NCBI GenBank assembly: GCA_043767805.1 | Contig: JAYUGC010000142.1 | Coordinates: 1-10,570 of the forward strand | Direction: 5' to 3' | Source: Pseudomonadota bacterium | Lineage (GTDB): Bacteria; Bdellovibrionota; FAC87; UBA2466 | Length of the DNA stretch: 10,570 nt | Made by a program: the position numbers and the translations under genes | Notes under the pieces: generated by a model | Told to the model about the DNA's origin: nothing | The model's input: the letters and a program-made list of their open reading frames with translations, nothing else | The model's database searches: none | Shown: positions 6,355-10,570 of the stretch, piece after piece | Layout: the number at the start of each line of letters is the position of its first letter | How positions within the stretch are numbered: position 1 is the stretch's first letter

Positions 6355-7516
6355 AATCGCGGTCTTCCCCCACGCCCTGCTCATCGATGTGGGCATCACG
6401 GCCAAAGCGTGGAAAGGGGAAGTCCGGCAAGGAGACGCCCTACAGGATCTTTTCGACAGGTTCGAGATCCGCCCTCAAGTCGTGCTCTGCGATCGCGCCG
6501 CTTGGGCGCCGGCGTTCGCCATCGGAGAAGGCACCTACCACGCGCCGGGAGAAAGCAGTACCCGGCTCGCGCTCCTTCCCGTCGAAAGGCTTTCCCTCTT
6601 GGGCGATCCTCTGGAAGCGGAGAAAGAAGCGAGCGAGCGCGCTCACCTCACCGCTTTCATGCGGCGAGTGGGGATGAGCACCATCGGCGATTTTTTGAAG
6701 CTTCGGCCCGAATCGGTGACCCGGCGCTTCGGCAAAATGGGCGCGCGCCTGCTCGACTGGGCGACAGGCACGAAAGACATCGCCATCCCGACGCTTCTCG
6801 CGGAAAGCCCGCTTACGGATACTTTCGACACGGACGAAATCGCCTCCCTAGAGCAGCTTCTCGTGGTGACGAAACAACGGTGGCGCCAGCTCGAGGCGCG
6901 GCTCGCGGGCCGAGGACTGCTCGCTCAAGAAGTACAGATGGATTTCGCCTTCGATGGCTCGGCTCCTCAGTCTCGCAACTTGCGGCTAGCCGAGCCGCTC
7001 CGGGATACGGAAGGTTTCGTACGGCTTTTGCGCGATTACCTGAACGGCATGAGCTGGGACTCTCCGCTCACGCGCCTCGCCATTCACATTCCGCGCACCA
7101 TCACCGCCCAGGCGGGCCAGCTTTCGCTTTTTGACGACGAGCTCACACAGTTCGCGGACTTGGGCCAGTACGTGAGCCGGCTCCGCGCCCGCTTTGGCGA
7201 GGAAGCTGTGGGGTTCACCCGCCTGGAAGAAAGTCATCTCCCCGAGCGATCTTTCAGCGTGCATTGGCCGCCCCGTCGGCCGGAGCTTCCCAAGGGACAT
7301 TTCCCGGAGCGCCCCCTTTTCGTTTTCGATCCGCCTCGCCCTTACCGGCCTTCGCGCGAAGGCAGCCTTCGCTCCACGGAGAATCTCGCCACCGAATGGT
7401 GGCGAGGCGAAGGCGATAGACACTATTTCATCCATCTCACGCCAGAAGGCCGACGCCTCTGGGTTTACTGGGACACCGCTTTAAGACAATGGTTTCTTCA
7501 CGGTACATTCGACTGA
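6281..7516 (+). CDS. imuB: ImuB, inactive Y-family polymerase-like mutasome scaffold, 411 aa
   Basis: LSPRIAV...LLIDV, LALLPVERL and GMSTIGDFLKL...VTRRFG (Y-family-like). Beta-clamp motif QLSLF at 7118-7132. LRARFG and the ImuB C-terminal pattern EWW...RHYF...RLWVY...WFLHGTFD. Overlaps the dnaE2 start. Confidence 0.88.
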   Translation: MRVLYLRHSTHLTAFSEACLALSPRIAVFPHALLIDVGITAKAWKGEVRQGDALQDLFDRFEIRPQVVLCDRAAWAPAFAIGEGTYHAPGESSTRLALLPVERLSLLGDPLEAEKEASERAHLTAFMRRVGMSTIGDFLKLRPESVTRRFGKMGARLLDWATGTKDIAIPTLLAESPLTDTFDTDEIASLEQLLVVTKQRWRQLEARLAGRGLLAQEVQMDFAFDGSAPQSRNLRLAEPLRDTEGFVRLLRDYLNGMSWDSPLTRLAIHIPRTITAQAGQLSLFDDELTQFADLGQYVSRLRARFGEEAVGFTRLEESHLPERSFSVHWPPRRPELPKGHFPERPLFVFDPPRPYRPSREGSLRSTENLATEWWRGEGDRHYFIHLTPEGRRLWVYWDTALRQWFLHGTFD

Positions 7517-10500
7517 CCCGCCCCTTCGCTGAACTTCTCGCCAAAACGAACTATTCTTTTTTGGAAGGGGCTTCGCACCCCGAGGAGATCGTGCTGCAAG
7601 CTAAGGAGCTCGGCTACGCCGCGCTTGGCGTTTGCGACCGCCACGGCGTGTATGGCTCTCCGCGCTCGCACGTCGCCGCAAAGGAAATCGCGCTCAAATT
7701 CCTGGTGGGCTCGGAAGTTTTCGTAGGCGGAAAACCCGCTTTCCTCATCGCGCGAAACCGCGAGGGCTACGGCGATATGTGCGAGCTCCTCACTCGAGTT
7801 CATACGGAACATAACAAGCCGCAATCCTTGAAACCGGAGGAGATTTTCGAGCGCTCCCTCAACTTGCATCTCATCGTGCCCACTCTCGACGGGGATCTCT
7901 CCTTTCTGAAAGAAGCGAAAGCCGCCTTCGGCGATCGCCTCGCGCTTGCCGCCCATCGTTTCAGAGACGGCACCGACGCGGCGTCCACCCTGCCCGCGGA
8001 AAAGCTTTCCAAGGAGCTCGGCGCGCGAGTCATCGCGACGAACCGTCCGCTCTTTCATATCTTCAGCCGAAAGACCACCCAAGACGTGCTCACTTGCCTC
8101 CGTCACACCTCTTCTCTCGACAAGGGGGGCTTCCGGCTTCTGCCCAACCGCGAGCGGCATCTGAAATCCCCGGACGTCATGGCCGATCTCTTTCCCGATC
8201 ACCCGGACTGGCTCGAAAATACCCTTCTCATCGCCGACGACTGCCATTTTTCGTTGGATGAGATCCGCTACCAGTACCCGAGCGAGTGGCTACCCGAAGG
8301 AGAAACGCCGGCCTCTTACTTGAGACTCCTCGTCGAAAATGGCCTGAAGCGCCGCTATCCCAATGAAATCACCGCCGCCACCCGCAAGCAAGTGGAGCAC
8401 GAGCTGACGCTCATCTCAGAGCTGAGGTACGCCGATTACTTTCTCACCATCTGGGATATCGTCGATTTCGCGAATAAGAACGGCATTCTCTGCCAGGGCC
8501 GGGGATCGGCAGCGAACTCCATCGTTTGCTACTGCTTGGGGATCACCGCCATCGATCCTCTCGACATGAACCTTCTCTTCGAGCGCTTCATCTCGAAGGA
8601 GCGCCACGAGCCACCCGACATCGACATCGATTTCGAGCACGAGCGCCGGGAAGAAGTGATTCAGTACATCTATACCCGCTATGGGCGGCACCGCGCCGCC
8701 ATCACCGCGGAAGTCATCTGCTTCCGCCGCAAATCCGTTCTGCGGGAAGTCGCCAAAGTCTTCGAGATTGCGCTACCCAATGTGGAGAAGCTCCTCACAC
8801 TCACTCACAAGCGATCGCTCTCCGAAGTGGAGCCCGCGGAGCTGCAAGCCGTGGATCCGGAGACTTCCCCCGAGAAGTGGGGTCAGTTCTTCGCGCAATG
8901 CCGGACGATCTCGGGCTTTCCTCGTCATCTGGGCACTCACGTGGGCGGCTTCGTTCTCTGTCAGGAGAAGCTCACCCGAAATGTCCCCGTGGAAAAGGCC
9001 GCCATGGAAGGCCGCACCATCGTGCAGTGGGACAAGAATGATTTGGACGCGCTCGGTTTCGTGCGCGTCGACATCTTGGGCCTCGGCATGCTCACGGCGC
9101 TGCGAAAATGTTTTACGATTATCCGCGAAAAGAAGGGAATCGAGCTGACTCTCGCCGGCATTCAAGGGCGAGACAAGCGCGTCTACGATCAAATTTGCGA
9201 GGCTGATACCGTCGGCGTGTTTCAGATCGAGTCCCGCGCTCAGATGAGCATGCTGCCTCGCTTAAAGCCGCAGAAGTTCTACGACTTGGTCATCGAGATT
9301 TCTCTGGTGCGGCCGGGCCCGATTCAAGGGGACATGGTCCATCCTTACCTAAGGCGAAGGCAGGGACTCGAGAAGATCGAGTACCCTCACCCCGATCTAA
9401 AAGAGATTTTGCACAAAACGTGTGGGGTACCGATTTTTCAGGAACAGATCATGAAGATCGCCATGGTAGTGGCGGGATTTTCCGGCGGCGAAGCCGACGA
9501 AATGCGGCGGGCCATGGGCATTTGGCGGCGAGACGGCAAGAATCATCTGGTGCGCATGGGCGATAAGTTTAGAAAGGGGCTCGTCGCCAAGGGCATCCCG
9601 CAGGAGTTCGCCGAGCGGATTTATTCTCAGATCGAGGGCTTCGCCGAGTACGGTTTTCCTGAGTCCCACGCGGCTTCCTTTGCGGTACTCGCTTATGGGA
9701 GCGCTTATCTCAAGCACTACCACCCCGATGCCTTTTTAGTGGCGCTCATGAACTCCCAGCCCATGGGATTTTACGGCACGCATACGCTCGTCCACGATGG
9801 CCAGCGCCATGGGGTGAAGGCGCTCCCTGTGGACGTCAATAAGTCGAACTGGGACAACGAGCTCGAAGCGCCGAACGAAGTGCGTTTTGGTTTTAGAGAA
9901 GTGTGCGGGCTTTCGGAAAAGGTTGGGCGCGCGGTGGACGAGGGCAAGCCCTACCAGTCTCTCGTCGATCTGACGGAACGAGTCCCTCTCTGCCGACGGG
10001 ATCTCTTTCGCCTGGCTGCGGCCAATGCTTTCGATAGCCTTGGTCTTGATCGCCGTCAGGCTTTTTGGGAGATTCAAGGGTTACTCCTCAAAGAGCCGGA
10101 GTTCTTTGCGCCTTCCGAGGGAGAGACCGTTTTGAAAAAGGAAGAAGGCTGGGAGCGGATCGTGCGCGACTACGAGGCGCAAGGCATCTCGCTCTTCTCG
10201 CACCCCATGGCTTACCTGCGAAGAGAAGGACAGCTTACGGGACACCCCGCCTCACGCGAGCTGAAAGACTTGCCTCACAAGAAGCGGGTGCGGGTCGCGG
10301 GTCTGGTCATCGCGCGGCAGATGCCGCCGAACGCTTCCGGCGTTCTGTTCATTTCCTTGGAAGACGAGTTCGGCTTCATCAACCTCGTCATCTGGAACGA
10401 CACTTACCAGAAGTACAAAGAGACGCTCATCACCCAATCGTTTCTCGTATGCGAGGGCCACGTCGAAAAAACCGAGGGTGGCAAAGTCATCCACGTCATC

Positions 10501-10560
10501 GTAAGCAGCGCAAAATCCTTGATAGTAGGCCCCCGCCTAACCTCCCACGACTGGGGATAA
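7489..10560 (+). CDS. dnaE2: Error-prone DNA polymerase DnaE2 (ImuC), 1023 aa
   Basis: PHP-domain start AELLAKTNYSFLEGASHPEE, QGRGSAANS, catalytic PPDIDIDFEHERREEVIQY, FPRHLGTHVGG, DILGLGML, VFQIESRAQMSMLPRL, YGFPESHAASFA, NSQPMGFY, and OB-fold FISLEDEFG. Cassette context supports the call. Confidence 0.97.
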   Translation: MVSSRYIRLTRPFAELLAKTNYSFLEGASHPEEIVLQAKELGYAALGVCDRHGVYGSPRSHVAAKEIALKFLVGSEVFVGGKPAFLIARNREGYGDMCELLTRVHTEHNKPQSLKPEEIFERSLNLHLIVPTLDGDLSFLKEAKAAFGDRLALAAHRFRDGTDAASTLPAEKLSKELGARVIATNRPLFHIFSRKTTQDVLTCLRHTSSLDKGGFRLLPNRERHLKSPDVMADLFPDHPDWLENTLLIADDCHFSLDEIRYQYPSEWLPEGETPASYLRLLVENGLKRRYPNEITAATRKQVEHELTLISELRYADYFLTIWDIVDFANKNGILCQGRGSAANSIVCYCLGITAIDPLDMNLLFERFISKERHEPPDIDIDFEHERREEVIQYIYTRYGRHRAAITAEVICFRRKSVLREVAKVFEIALPNVEKLLTLTHKRSLSEVEPAELQAVDPETSPEKWGQFFAQCRTISGFPRHLGTHVGGFVLCQEKLTRNVPVEKAAMEGRTIVQWDKNDLDALGFVRVDILGLGMLTALRKCFTIIREKKGIELTLAGIQGRDKRVYDQICEADTVGVFQIESRAQMSMLPRLKPQKFYDLVIEISLVRPGPIQGDMVHPYLRRRQGLEKIEYPHPDLKEILHKTCGVPIFQEQIMKIAMVVAGFSGGEADEMRRAMGIWRRDGKNHLVRMGDKFRKGLVAKGIPQEFAERIYSQIEGFAEYGFPESHAASFAVLAYGSAYLKHYHPDAFLVALMNSQPMGFYGTHTLVHDGQRHGVKALPVDVNKSNWDNELEAPNEVRFGFREVCGLSEKVGRAVDEGKPYQSLVDLTERVPLCRRDLFRLAAANAFDSLGLDRRQAFWEIQGLLLKEPEFFAPSEGETVLKKEEGWERIVRDYEAQGISLFSHPMAYLRREGQLTGHPASRELKDLPHKKRVRVAGLVIARQMPPNASGVLFISLEDEFGFINLVIWNDTYQKYKETLITQSFLVCEGHVEKTEGGKVIHVIVSSAKSLIVGPRLTSHDWG

Positions 10561-10570
10561 AAGGGGTCAG

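Noticed and set aside
274..10494. Many alternative-frame and antisense ORFs (e.g. 1256-2014 -, 6409-7134 +, 7498-8247 -)
   Set aside because: They overlap well-supported genes, carry no recognisable motifs, and are typical of GC-rich codon bias.
1..10570. CRISPR arrays, tRNA/rRNA genes, IS elements or integrases
   Set aside because: I saw no spaced direct repeats, RNA gene signatures, transposase or integrase ORFs, or terminal inverted repeats.

Overview
Bacterial chromosomal window; the gene content suggests a Bdellovibrionota/deltaproteobacteria-like organism, but this is inference only. Left to right: the 3' part of a hybrid NADP malic enzyme gene (maeB); two + strand genes for exported proteins (a lipoprotein and a coiled-coil/poly-Gly/Cys-tail protein); a strong terminator; a - strand pair encoding a 46-aa lipopeptide and a 342-aa secreted protein; lexA on the - strand; and a divergent imuA-imuB-dnaE2 mutagenesis cassette. 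Two signals stand out. (1) A perfect 20-bp palindrome, TACCATACAATTGTATGGTA, overlaps both the lexA start codon and a TTGACT-N17-TATGGT promoter for imuA-imuB-dnaE2, so it is a candidate SOS box that matches no LexA motif I can recall exactly. (2) Two sigma54-type -24/-12 promoters sit at exactly the same distance from the start codons of the two adjacent exported-protein genes, which implies essentially leaderless sigma54 transcripts.
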